A DNA stretch of 64,000 nucleotides from an uncultured cyanobacterium. GTDB taxonomy: Bacteria > Cyanobacteriota > Cyanobacteriia > Cyanobacteriales > Nostocaceae. Numbering within the stretch: position 1 is the stretch's first letter; each line of letters opens with the position of its first letter. The translations under genes and the position numbers were made by a program. The stretch spans positions 5,088,001 to 5,152,000 of the forward strand of contig OY970166.1 of the NCBI GenBank assembly GCA_963706595.1. The letters are read 5' to 3'. The notes beneath the pieces were generated by a model, which worked only from the letters and a program-made list of their open reading frames with translations, was not told where the DNA came from and did no database searches. Below, piece after piece: positions 43,258 to 53,581 of this stretch.

Positions 43258-44751
43258 TTAAGTATTCAGTTTTTTCTCGACTAATTCATTAGTGATTTGA
43301 GGGTCAGCTCGTTTGTCAGTTTTCTTCAAAACCTGCCCCACAAAGAAGCCTTTGAGCTTTGTATTGCCGTTGCGATACTTTTCTAGCTCTTTGGGGTTAG
43401 CGGCGATCGCCTCATCAATGAGCAATTCTAGTACACTACGATCAGTGATTAACTCTTGACCTGCAAAAGCCTTCTCAGGGGAAACACCAGCCAGTAAATC
43501 TGGTAGCTTTTGTTTAGCTTGGGCGTTGCTAATTTTCCCTGATGAAATCAGAGTAATTACCTCAGCTAAATTGCCGGGAGTTAAAGCAATCTCAGTAATA
43601 CTGAGTTTTTCCTTATTCAGATAGGCGGCGATATCTTGAGTAATCCAGTTAGCAGCAGCCTTGGCATTTGCACCAGATTTAATTGCAGTTTCAAAATAAT
43701 CAGCCACAGTGCGGTCTTCTGTCAACACTCGTGCATCATAAACCGAAAGCCCCAAGTCATTTTCATAATGATGGCGTTTATAGGCGGGAAGTTCGGGAAG
43801 TTCGCTGCGCCATGCTTCTAATTGCTCGTTAGACACCTCAATGGGAGTTAAATCTGGTTCTGGGAAATAGCGGTAATCACTGGAACCTTCCTTCACCCGC
43901 ATACTACTTGTGCGTTGAGCGCCTTCTTCCCAGAGGCGAGTTTCTTGGATAATGGGTTCACCGGCTTCTATAGCCGCAATTTGGCGTTCAATTTCGTAAT
44001 CAATCGCCCGTTGAATGGCGTTGAACGAGTTCATATTTTTAATTTCTACCTTCACGCCAAACTGTTCTCGCCCCACGGGACGCACCGAGATATTGACATC
44101 ACAGCGTAGAGAACCTTCTTGCATATTGCCATCACTGACACCGAGATAACGCACAATTCGGCGGATTTCTTGAGCGTATTCAGCAGCTTCTTCACCAGAA
44201 CGCAAGTCAGGTTCCGAGACAATTTCCACCAATGGCACACCTGCGCGATTGTAGTCTACCAGAGAATAGGTAGAACCAGATAGGCGATCGCTTCCCGCGT
44301 GTACCAATTTTCCCGCATCTTCCTCCATGTGCAGACGAGTCACACCAATACGTTTACGAATTGGGTTCCCCTCAGCATCTACCATTTCGATTTCTAACCA
44401 ACCATGTTCGGCTATGGGGAGGTCATATTGAGAAATTTGGTAATTTTTGGGCAGGTCAGGATAAAAATACTGTTTACGGTCAAATTTGCTATATTTAGCG
44501 ATTTCGCAATTCAAAGCCAAGCCAGTTTTTACAGCATATTCCAGGACTTTTTCATTCAGTACAGGTAAAACCCCAGGTAAACCCATACAAACAGGGTCGA
44601 TGTTAGTATTAGGGTCAGCACCGAAAGCTGTAGAGCTATTGGAGAAAATCTTGGTATTGGTACTCAGTTGACAATGGGTTTCTAGACCAATAATCGCTTC
44701 GTACTCAGTTTTTACAGTTGTAGCAGCAGTCATACTATTATTGCTATTCAT
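43258..44751 (-). CDS. gatB: Asp/Glu-tRNA amidotransferase subunit B
   Basis: IGLETHCQL, FDRKQYFYPDLPK, YRYFPEPDL. Confidence 0.98.
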   Translation of the reverse strand: MNSNNSMTAATTVKTEYEAIIGLETHCQLSTNTKIFSNSSTAFGADPNTNIDPVCMGLPGVLPVLNEKVLEYAVKTGLALNCEIAKYSKFDRKQYFYPDLPKNYQISQYDLPIAEHGWLEIEMVDAEGNPIRKRIGVTRLHMEEDAGKLVHAGSDRLSGSTYSLVDYNRAGVPLVEIVSEPDLRSGEEAAEYAQEIRRIVRYLGVSDGNMQEGSLRCDVNISVRPVGREQFGVKVEIKNMNSFNAIQRAIDYEIERQIAAIEAGEPIIQETRLWEEGAQRTSSMRVKEGSSDYRYFPEPDLTPIEVSNEQLEAWRSELPELPAYKRHHYENDLGLSVYDARVLTEDRTVADYFETAIKSGANAKAAANWITQDIAAYLNKEKLSITEIALTPGNLAEVITLISSGKISNAQAKQKLPDLLAGVSPEKAFAGQELITDRSVLELLIDEAIAANPKELEKYRNGNTKLKGFFVGQVLKKTDKRADPQITNELVEKKLNT

Positions 44752-45014
44752 ACTATTAATATTAGTTTAGCCGTCTGTCGCTTCCAGGCGGGTATTACGA
44801 AAATACCTGTTCGAGAAATGCGGTTTGAGGAATGGGGATTTAGTTAAATACACTGGTGACAGCTTCCGTAACTTTACCCCTTCTTCCGTTAAGATAATGA
44901 GCTATGTGGTGACTAAACTGATTTAACAGTGATTGCAAACAAATGACGTTTCCCCAAATGGCGAGGGGCAGACTTCAGAAATATTATATATTTCATCTAT
45001 AGGTAATAAACAAG

Positions 45015-45900
45015 ATGTCAAATCAGGATTATAAATATGACGTTGCGCTTTCTTTTGCAGGGGAAGACCGTAAATACGCAGACGAATTAGCACAAAGGCT
45101 AAAATCTCTTAATATTCGTGTCTTTTATGACGAATATGAACAAACCACACTTTGGGGAAAGAACCTATATACTCATCTTTCTGAGGTATACCAAAAGGAA
45201 GCTCGTTTCTGCGTCATGTTTCTTTCACAAAATTACGCTCAAAAGTTGTGGACAAACCGTGAACGTGAAGCGGCTCAAGCTCGTGCTTTTCAGGAAAATA
45301 AAGAATACATTCTTCCTATACGTCTGGACGATACAGAGATACCAGGAATCCTAATTACTACTGGATACCTAGAATGGTCTAATGCTGATTCAATTGCTAA
45401 GAGGGTGTTTGAAAAATTGAGCATTAAGGTGACATCTGATATTCCTGTTACTGGTGATGAGGCATCAGAAGTAGGAGAAGATTATACTGAATTACGGGAA
45501 TTATTGAATAATCAAGAATTTGCAAAAGCTGACTTTTTAACTGCAAAGTTGATGCTTCGGGTTGCAAGACAAGAACAAGAAGGCAGGTTAAGTCTAGAAA
45601 ATCTGCTCGAATTCCCAAAAAAAGATATAGTTACTATCAACAGACTTTGGGTATCAGGAAGCAAAGGAAGATTTGGATTTAGTGTGCAAAAACAGATTTG
45701 GATGGATTTGGGTTGGATAGAAAAGTGCCTCGAAAGGTGAGCTTGGGCAAATTGAAAGGCATCTTATGATCGAGAGAACTGTGTAAGTTTTTTTGAATGG
45801 TGGAATGGGTAGAAGGGTAAAAAAGTGTTATTAATATATATTTGAGCAAAGGGCAGCCGCAGGACACCTGCCTCTAGGAATATATGTAAAGGTACACCGA
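45015..45900 (+). pseudogene. TIR domain + GUN4 domain protein, decayed C-terminus
   Basis: YDVALSFAGEDR...WTNRE TIR; ADFLT...LW..GS.GRFGFSVQKQIW GUN4; the GHLP motif reappears out of frame at ~45861 with stops afterwards. Confidence 0.75.
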
Positions 45901-46381
45901 AGTTAATAATGGATGTATAGAGATACATCAGAAATGGTGGGAACTGCGACTGTCTGCGACGAAATAAAAGTAAAGGAAGAGGAAGAAAGAGAATGGAAAG
46001 AGTTAATTAAGTAAGGAAAGAAAATTAGAGAGAAAAATATGAAAAAATTGTAAGGGTACTAGAATACTTTTATATATTTATTGTAAAATATTTAATACGT
46101 ATTTTAATAGTCATGGCATTGGGTGCATTTATAGGAAATTTTTTAAAAAATGGCATTTTAGGTATGGGATTTGCAGTAATTTTATTAATAGTGTTAGAGC
46201 TTTTTGGATTAGAAACGAACGTAAAAGTAAAGAGTAAATTATTTACGAAGATTAAACGAGTGAATGAAGGAAAGAGGAAAAGCGTTACGTAAAGCGTGAA
46301 GACTACATAAAATTCTTGGAATCTCTGTGTGAAGTGTAACACATAAATGTTCCAGCCTTTCCTAAACATTTGTTATCAAAA

Positions 46382-46780
46382 TCAGGAATTCCGATACCTG
46401 GCACTGTCATAACAATTAGCCACCACAAACTGTTCAGCCACTTCACGAACTGCCGAATCTTCAAATTCCCATTCCGCCCAAGGTAATCGCATCTGCCCTG
46501 GCGATGTCTTTTTACCCTTATGCTTTATAACTTTAGGCAACAATTTACTTCCCCAGTGATAGCTTTTCCCTGGTTTAGGTTGAGGCTTATACTTCTTACA
46601 AAAACCTCGATATTTAGCAGCGCATTCAGACAACGAATTACCCAAAGATAAAAAATCAGGATGCCATTGAGTTAGTCCATCATCTGTTAGCCTATCGTAA
46701 GTGCCAAATTTACTAAAATCATAGAAAAATCCCGCTTCCCTTCCAGTCGCTTTGGGGTTAGGGTGAATGTACTGCAGTGT
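46382..46780 (-). pseudogene. C-terminal remnant of IS200-like/RAYT tyrosine transposase
   Basis: Frame extends upstream of ORF track: TLQYIHPNPKA..FYDFSKFG...WHPDFLSLG; N-terminal HUH part absent. Confidence 0.65.
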
Positions 46781-46893
46781 AATCGTAATGCCCTATGATA
46801 AATTAACCAGTGCATGTGGTTTTCATATTTCTAATCTCGACTTGCAATCGCCATGTTTTTTTTAGTATTTTACGAATACCGCGCAACAACTCA

Positions 46894-47430
46894 ATGAATA
46901 GCAACACTCGCTTACAGATAATTTTAGCTAATACACCTGTGGGTATTGTATTACCTGCGATCGCTCAACTCAATCTGCCTAACTGGTGGTTAGCCGGGGG
47001 TGCAGTGCGAAATACAGTGTGGTGTGCAGTATTTGGTCAAAAATGTCGTTTATTCATCAAAGACTTCGATATTGCCTTTTTTGATGAATCAGGAGACCGT
47101 TCCCAGGAACTAGCAGCAAAGGCACAATTAACCGCACAATTTCCCAATTATCAGTTTGATGTCAAAAATCAAGCGAGTTTTGCCCGTTGGCGTTCAGGAC
47201 GAACACCCTACACCAGTACAGAAAATGGTATTGAAAATTGGTTACACACCGCCACTGCTGTGGGAGTTCGACTAAATGCACAAAGGGAATGGCAATTTTT
47301 CACTCCCTACGGCTTAGACGACTTATTTGGGGGAATTATTCGCCCGACACCAGCACATATCAACAACCCCGACGCTAAAAATAAAGCATCTGAATTTCTT
47401 TCCAAATGTCCAGATTTACAGTTAGCATAA
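46894..47430 (+). CDS. Nucleotidyltransferase family protein (DUF925-like)
   Basis: WLAGGAVRNTVW, KDFDIAFFD, VKNQA, PYGLDDL. Confidence 0.88.
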   Translation: MNSNTRLQIILANTPVGIVLPAIAQLNLPNWWLAGGAVRNTVWCAVFGQKCRLFIKDFDIAFFDESGDRSQELAAKAQLTAQFPNYQFDVKNQASFARWRSGRTPYTSTENGIENWLHTATAVGVRLNAQREWQFFTPYGLDDLFGGIIRPTPAHINNPDAKNKASEFLSKCPDLQLA

Positions 47431-47475
47431 ACTCAGCATTTCCCCTCACGCTATGTGGAAAAATCAATGAGAAAC

Positions 47476-47561
47476 CTAACCCCCCAACCCCCTTCCCTAC
47501 AAGGGAAGGGGGAGAATTCAAAGCCTCTCTCCTTGTAGGAGAGAGGTTTGGAGAGAGGTTT
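47476..47561. repeat. REP-like double hairpin cluster
   Basis: CCCCTTCCCT-ACA-AGGGAAGGGG and CCTCTCTCCT-TGT-AGGAGAGAGG; similar unit at ~43038-43075. Confidence 0.7.
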
Positions 47562-47581
47562 TCTAAATACCCTAAAAATAC

Positions 47582-49795
47582 TTATTTCGATATCAATTCC
47601 CTAAAGCTTTTATCATCAGCAATTTCATCAAAATCAATATCAAAAGCCGCATCTTCTTGATATCTAGGATTCAATTCAATTGCTTGCTGAAGATTTGCCA
47701 AAGCTAATTTCAGTTGTCTTTGCAGCGCATAACAAGCGGCTTTATTGTAATAAGCGCTTGCATAGTTGGGATTAATTTCTAATGCTTTGTCAAAACTAGC
47801 GATCGCCTCATCATCCTCTCCTAATCTTACCAAAGCATAACCACGTTTATCCCAAACCTTAGCAGAATTGGGATTAATATCAATGGCTTGATCAAAACTA
47901 GCGATCGCATCCTCATATCTTTCCAATTCTATCAAAGCCAGACCACGATTCAACCAAGCCACCGGATCATCAGGTTTGACTTGGGTAGCTTTGTCAAAAG
48001 AATCGAAAGCTTTTTGCTGTTGTCCTAGTTTACCAAAAGCCACACCGCGATCGCACCAAGCCTGATGATAATCTGGTTGAATTTCAATAGCCTTTTCATA
48101 GGATGCGATCGCATCTTTGTAGCGTTGCAATCTTCCCAGAGTTAAACCGTGTTTTAACCAACCAACATGATTATCAGGATCAGCTTTCACTACTTTATCA
48201 TAGAGTGCGATCGCCTCTTCATATTTTCTTTGAGAAAATAACTCATCTCCTACTTGGAGGTCATCATTCACTAACTCTGACTCTTGTGGCTGAACTTCCT
48301 GAATTTCTGACTTTTCAGGAACCGATAGCGGCTGAGTATTTACCAATTGTTCCTGAATTTCTGACTTTTCAGGAACCAATAGCGGCTGAGTATTTACCAA
48401 CTCTTGCAAAATTATATTCTTGCGTTCTTGAGCATCCAACTGCAACTCAGAAAGTTGAGCCACAAAATCCGTCTCTAATTTTTCTAGCTTTTCTAGAATT
48501 AGCAGCTTTTGTTCTTGAGCATTTAATTGTAATTCCGAGAATTGAGCCGTAAACTCAGAACCTGATGCTTCTAAATTCCTAATAATTTGCTCTTTTTCGT
48601 TTTGAGCATCTACCTGTAATTCAGATAATTGAGATGCAAAATCTGACTGTAATTTTGTTATCCTCTCCAGGATATCATCTTTCTGTTGCTGAGTCTCAGA
48701 CTGCAATTCAGCCATTTGAGCTTTAAATAAATTTTCTAACTCCCCTAAACTTTCCAGAGTTTTATCTTTCTCTTGTTGAGCATCTACCTGCAAACCGCCT
48801 AAACTCTCAAAAAAGCTATGTTTTTGTTGCTGAGTCTCAGATTGCAATTCAGCTATTTCTGATTTAAATAATCTTTCTAATTCTCTGACATTTTCTAGAA
48901 TCTCATTCTTTTCTTGTTGAGCATCCACCTGTAAATTTGTGAAACTTTCAACAGTGGTATCCTTATTTTGCTGAGTTTCAGACTTTAAGCTAGAAAGATA
49001 GGAAATAAATTCATTCTGAGATTTTTGTAAATCTTCCAGAATTATATTTTTTTGTTGTGCAGCTTCTAAATGCAATTCATCTAGTTTCTGATTTAGCTCA
49101 GATTCTAACCTAGCTAAATTTTCTATAGTTCTATCTCTCGTTTGTTCTGCTGACCATTGCAATTGAGATAGTTTTTCCACAAATTCCGACTCTAAATTTT
49201 CTTGAATATTTTGAACTTTTGTTTCTAATCCTGCCAATATATTATCTCTTGACTGCAAAAGTTCAGAAGTCAAATTAGCTAAATTATCTTGCTCTTTTTT
49301 AATATTTTCTTGTAGAGTCGCAACTTCTTTTTCTAATTCCCGATTTATCTTTTTCGATTCTTGAATTAAATTTTCGGCATCTTGCTTGACAATAGTTAGC
49401 TGATGTTGTAATTGTTCCACTCCCTGTAGCTGCGCCATTGCTCTATGAACAATTTCACGAATTGCCACTTTTCGCAACACCCAGAATAAAGCAATCACCG
49501 CCACAGGAAACAAACTCAATATCACCAACCACACATTGAATAAAACAACCGTGTTATTCAATGGTTGCGCCCCAACCGGTGGGACTTGCTCTGGAGTCGG
49601 CTGTTGTGCTTGCAACTGAGCCAACTTTTCCGGCTGCTGATGAGATATAACCTCAGCAGTATTCAGTTGTGTGGAAACGGATGGCCTGAGTTGTCCACTA
49701 GCCATACCAGCAGACAGCAGCAACGGCGAAAAGACAACAGCGTTTTTCAACACTAAAGTGAGGACAACTTGATTTTTGCGCTTCATAAGAACCAT
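47582..49795 (-). CDS. Membrane-anchored coiled-coil protein with C-terminal TPR repeats
   Basis: Signal/TM segments, Q/E-rich repeats (ELQ.DAQ.EK), TPR motifs; internal duplication LVNTQPL.VPEKSEIQE x2. Confidence 0.9.
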   Translation of the reverse strand: MVLMKRKNQVVLTLVLKNAVVFSPLLLSAGMASGQLRPSVSTQLNTAEVISHQQPEKLAQLQAQQPTPEQVPPVGAQPLNNTVVLFNVWLVILSLFPVAVIALFWVLRKVAIREIVHRAMAQLQGVEQLQHQLTIVKQDAENLIQESKKINRELEKEVATLQENIKKEQDNLANLTSELLQSRDNILAGLETKVQNIQENLESEFVEKLSQLQWSAEQTRDRTIENLARLESELNQKLDELHLEAAQQKNIILEDLQKSQNEFISYLSSLKSETQQNKDTTVESFTNLQVDAQQEKNEILENVRELERLFKSEIAELQSETQQQKHSFFESLGGLQVDAQQEKDKTLESLGELENLFKAQMAELQSETQQQKDDILERITKLQSDFASQLSELQVDAQNEKEQIIRNLEASGSEFTAQFSELQLNAQEQKLLILEKLEKLETDFVAQLSELQLDAQERKNIILQELVNTQPLLVPEKSEIQEQLVNTQPLSVPEKSEIQEVQPQESELVNDDLQVGDELFSQRKYEEAIALYDKVVKADPDNHVGWLKHGLTLGRLQRYKDAIASYEKAIEIQPDYHQAWCDRGVAFGKLGQQQKAFDSFDKATQVKPDDPVAWLNRGLALIELERYEDAIASFDQAIDINPNSAKVWDKRGYALVRLGEDDEAIASFDKALEINPNYASAYYNKAACYALQRQLKLALANLQQAIELNPRYQEDAAFDIDFDEIADDKSFRELISK

Positions 49796-50111
49796 CCTGA
49801 TTCTTGGGTCAATTTTTGAAGTGGCTTGCCTATCTCCAATCTATACCAGAATTCAATTTTGACCGAACACTTCACCGCGCGCAAGCCCCCAAAATTATTT
49901 AGGGAGGATTTCGGATTTCGGCTCCCTCTCCTGACTAACCAGAAGATTGCAGTAAATCTTTATACCGTTGATTTATACTTCAGTAGGGTGTGTTATGCCA
50001 CAGGCTAACGCATCATCCCAGATTCTCAGTGGGTTATGGACGTTAGTCCTAAAGCCACCTACCTAAATCAAAGGTTTTTGGACTTGTGTGTAGACTGTGG
50101 TTCCTGACTAA

Positions 50112-50266
50112 CTACCGTATACACACAGCTTGAGCCAAAGAGAGCTTCCAGCCCTAAAAACAAGATTTCCGCTTAAATCCAGTTCCCCTCCTCGCTTGCG
50201 GGGAGGGGCTAGGGGTGGGGTTTTATGACACAAAAGAGAATTTCCCGACTTGTGTGTACACTGTGG
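50112..50266. mobile_element. MITE with imperfect TIRs and 11-bp direct repeat
   Basis: TTCCTGACTAA|CTACCGTATACACACA ... TGTGTGTACACTGTGG|TTCCTGACTAA. Confidence 0.8.
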
Positions 50267-50538
50267 TTCCTGACTAAGGAGAGGGCTTGCGTAAGGTTTT
50301 ATACAAAATAAATTTAGAGGCATATCACCTCTTTGGGTTCAACAGCTTCCTCCCAGTGGCTCAAACTAGACACAACTCCCTTCAGAATTAAGCAGTCTGG
50401 CGAAAATTGATGTCCTTCGGCCTTTGAGTCCCCAAAAACTTAATATTTCATACCAAATGATAGAAGAAGGACAGTGATGATTGTGTTACCTTAGTATAGT
50501 ATTGCTTGCAAAGCAAACTATTGAATTAAGAGGCAATC

Positions 50539-51030
50539 ATTATCGTAGTCAAAAAACAACTAATCAACTCGCAAATTAAGTCAAATCAAGTCTACTTGAT
50601 TGATCATGAGAATAATAACCGTGGTCTGGTTGACACTTCCGAAGCTCTACAGCTAGCCGAAAGTGTAGACCTTGACCTGGTTGTAGTCTCCGAAAACAAA
50701 GACACGCCAGTTGCGAAGATTATCAACTATGGTAAGCTTCAGTATCAAAAGAAAAAACGTCAGACTCAGAGCGCTAGACCAAGCGTCAAGGAAGTTCGAT
50801 TCCGTCCCAACGTGGGTGCAGCTGACTATAATTTACGCATTGAGCAAGCAGCTCAATGGTTAAGCAAAGGCGATTCTGTTAAGTTCGCTATTCGTTTGCG
50901 AGGCCGAGAACATCAACATCGCGAGCAAGCTGGAGAAATGCTAGACCGCATTGTAGCTGCTTTGAGTGAAGTAGGCAAAGTCCAGTCACTGGATAAACGC
51001 TCACTGATTGTTCAAGTCGTTCCTGCTTAA
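50539..51030 (+). CDS. infC: Translation initiation factor IF-3, probable non-canonical ATT/ATC start
   Basis: LDLVVVS...PVAKIINYGK, KEVRFRP, LRGRE; frame open upstream to ATT 50539 after GAGG. Confidence 0.9.
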   Translation: MIVVKKQLINSQIKSNQVYLIDHENNNRGLVDTSEALQLAESVDLDLVVVSENKDTPVAKIINYGKLQYQKKKRQTQSARPSVKEVRFRPNVGAADYNLRIEQAAQWLSKGDSVKFAIRLRGREHQHREQAGEMLDRIVAALSEVGKVQSLDKRSLIVQVVPA

Positions 51031-51308
51031 AATAATCTTTCAGGGATATCTTTTAAATCGCCTACTAAAAATAAAAGCTGTACATAGGGAATGAGGTTGA
51101 ATGACCCAAAGCCTGATTGGTTACAGCTTGTATAAACAAAAAGTAGGAAATCGGAGAAGGCGCAAGTGAAATCAGATGCAGTTACTTGGTTCGAGTTAGC
51201 CAGGAAGCAGATGATTCACTTGCCATATTTTAGTTTGTATTTCAGGAATTTCCCAGAAGATATAAATTCTCCAAGTCATACATCCCAAATAACTTCTTTC
51301 TGATACTT

Positions 51309-51797
51309 TTAACCGAGACATTCTCCGACATTTGAGATATCGTGAACATCCAGTACAACATCACCAACTGAGTCAGTGAAGGTGGTATCCCACATTGCCT
51401 TGAGGAAAATCCCCACGGCTCCATTAAAATCACGCGGTATTTCATAACCACAATTAGGGCAAAAAAAGTTCTTAGAACTACCAAGTTTTCTATGAGTGTT
51501 ACCGCATTTAGTGCAAGTCTTCGATGTATATTCTTCAGTTATCCTTACCAATTTGGAACCGTAGCGGTTACACAAATGCTCAAGGGTTTGAGAGAACTGA
51601 TAGAATGCCCAACTCATCATCGCACGGGAAGTCTTATTTCTTAACTTCCGCTTCTTTTTAACAACCATTTGGGAAGTTTCAAAGGTGGGAAGTACAATCA
51701 CATCGTAGTTTTTAGCTAGATATGACCCGACTTGTTTATGGCACTCAGAGCGTAGATTCTTGATTCTGGTTCTGAGTCCTTCGTCCCTTTGTCTCAA
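51309..51797 (-). pseudogene. tnpB: TnpB (IS607-type) C-terminal remnant
   Basis: YDVIVLPTFETSQM, EEYTSKTCTKCG, CPNCG..RDFNGA; N-terminus incl. RuvC-I missing. Confidence 0.85.
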
Positions 51798-51880
51798 CTA
51801 ATTGAGTAATAATTTTTTATTTTCCAGTCTCTGAGTCACCGGATGGCAAACAATCGAGACTCAGCCGATGATACTGTTAC

Positions 51881-52331
51881 CAAAAAATTGGGTTTAAAGC
51901 CTCGTCGTTCTACGACGGCTTTTAATTGATTAGTGTACCAGTATGCTGCTATAGTAATTGTAGTGGAAAGGTAATCAACCACTTAAAAAACCTAGCCGTC
52001 GAAAGACAAAGCACTGAACCTTGATAATTGAACGGCAGTTGCTCTAATTGGGGAAACCCCAAGACCGCACTGCCTCATCTATGCGGTTCTACTGCATTAT
52101 TCTAGTTTCCTCCTAGCAGTAGGTAAAAGATTTATAGGGGCTAGACGAATCAGCATTTTGAAACAATTTGTTTCAAACCAAACAGGACTTGCACTCATGC
52201 AAATAGGGTAGGGCATACCCGAATTAACGCTTGGGGAGAATCCCACCTCTGGTTTAGACGACGCAAGGACTCTAGGTTAAGTGGTTTCGTTGAACCAAGA
52301 ATCCCCGTCGATTTATCGCGGGGAGTGTCAA
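51881..52331 (+). mobile_element. Non-autonomous IS200/IS605-family element (no ORF) with omegaRNA-like right end
   Basis: Preceded by TTAC; left hairpin AAAGCCTCGTCGTTCTACGACGGCTTT; ends GAACCAAGAATCCCCG...CGGGGAGTGTCAA. Confidence 0.8.
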
Positions 52332-52369
52332 ATCCTCTGACTAGGTAAATTGTTGCCTTCCGCAAACTC

Positions 52370-52657
52370 TTACTCTTGAGGCTCATCAGAGATGGGTTCA
52401 GATTCGTTTTCGGGTTCGGTTTTGAGATTAACTGGCAGTTTAACGGGTTTGGGTCCACGCGCCAGGGCAGGATTACCTCTTTGAATATTATCATCTTTAA
52501 AAGATGATTTTTTCCCGCCGCCAGAAGAGCGATTAACAACTGGTTTCAAGCTTTTCGACTGAGATTCCACAGGGGGCGTAGAATCGGAATGTTCGGAACT
52601 ATTGTCTGTAATTGCTTGGGACTGACGTTCCGATTTCTTGATTGGGCGTTCTACCAT
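52370..52657 (-). CDS. Hypothetical low-complexity protein
   Basis: MVERPIKKSER...NPALARGPKP. Confidence 0.6.
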   Translation of the reverse strand: MVERPIKKSERQSQAITDNSSEHSDSTPPVESQSKSLKPVVNRSSGGGKKSSFKDDNIQRGNPALARGPKPVKLPVNLKTEPENESEPISDEPQE

Positions 52658-52911
52658 TGTTAATTTTTATAAACTTATCTGTATATTACATCGGTTTGGT
52701 GAGAACTTGTGAAAAGTGCGCTGCTAAGTAACACAAGGCTTAGGCGAAGTACCAAAGGCAGAAGCAACTTAAGAAGTTAATCATATTTTAATTATCTACT
52801 ATATACAGATAGTTACCTTGTGTGTAATCTTAAGAATATTAGGATTTATTCGGTGACAGTATTTGTTTTGAGTATTGACAGGTGTTCCCTTTTGGTATCT
52901 ACAAATTTAAT

Positions 52912-52952
52912 TCTCCGAAATTTAAATCTATACACAGTAATAATTTTGGAGA
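52912..52952 (+). promoter_or_regulatory. rbp 5'-UTR RBS-sequestering element
   Basis: TCTCCGAAA complementary to TTTTGGAGA covering the SD. Confidence 0.6.
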
Positions 52953-52959
52953 CAATCCG

Positions 52960-53283
52960 ATGTCGATTTACGTAGGCAACCTTTCTTACGAGGTTACAGA
53001 AGCTGACCTTAGTGGTGTATTTGCTGAATATGGCACTGTTAAGCGGGTTCAAGTACCTACTGACCGTGAAACAGGCCGGATGCGTGGTTTCGCTTTTGTT
53101 GAAATGGATACAGAAGCAGAAGAAACAGCTGCCATTGAAGCACTAGATGGTGCTGAATGGATGGGTCGCGGACTGAAAGTGAATAAGGCTAAACCCAAGG
53201 AAGACAGAGGTTCCTTTGGTGGTGGTAACAGAGGAGGAGGATATGGTGGTGGTGGTGGTGGTGGTGGCCGTAACCGCTACTAA
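52960..53283 (+). CDS. rbp: RRM RNA-binding protein, glycine-rich (Rbp family)
   Basis: [11 protein letters not shown]2, [11 protein letters not shown]1, Gly-rich tail; true start ATG 52960. Confidence 0.96.
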   Translation: MSIYVGNLSYEVTEADLSGVFAEYGTVKRVQVPTDRETGRMRGFAFVEMDTEAEETAAIEALDGAEWMGRGLKVNKAKPKEDRGSFGGGNRGGGYGGGGGGGGRNRY

Positions 53284-53463
53284 ACTTCACCACTAAAAAT
53301 TTCCTTTAGGGAATTACCAAAAATAAATTAGCCATAATTTGTAGGGAGCGTTACGGCATTGAGTCTCAGGGTTTTGCCTGTGTAGTCGCGACTAACCGTC
53401 GCCCGGTGCAATATCTGAGCCTACAGATTGGTTATTTTGTGAGTGGGAATTTTCCAAGAGTAC

Positions 53464-53494
53464 AAAAAAGCCAGATTTTAAATCTGGCTTTTTT
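53464..53494. terminator. Bidirectional intrinsic terminator
   Basis: AAAAAAGCCAGATTTTAAATCTGGCTTTTTT. Confidence 0.75.
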
Positions 53495-53581
53495 GCGTAA
53501 CTATGGGTGAATTTGTGATAAACATTTCTTAGATGCTACCGTCTACAAATCGAGATAGGAGTAAAAGGACTTTCTCTGACT

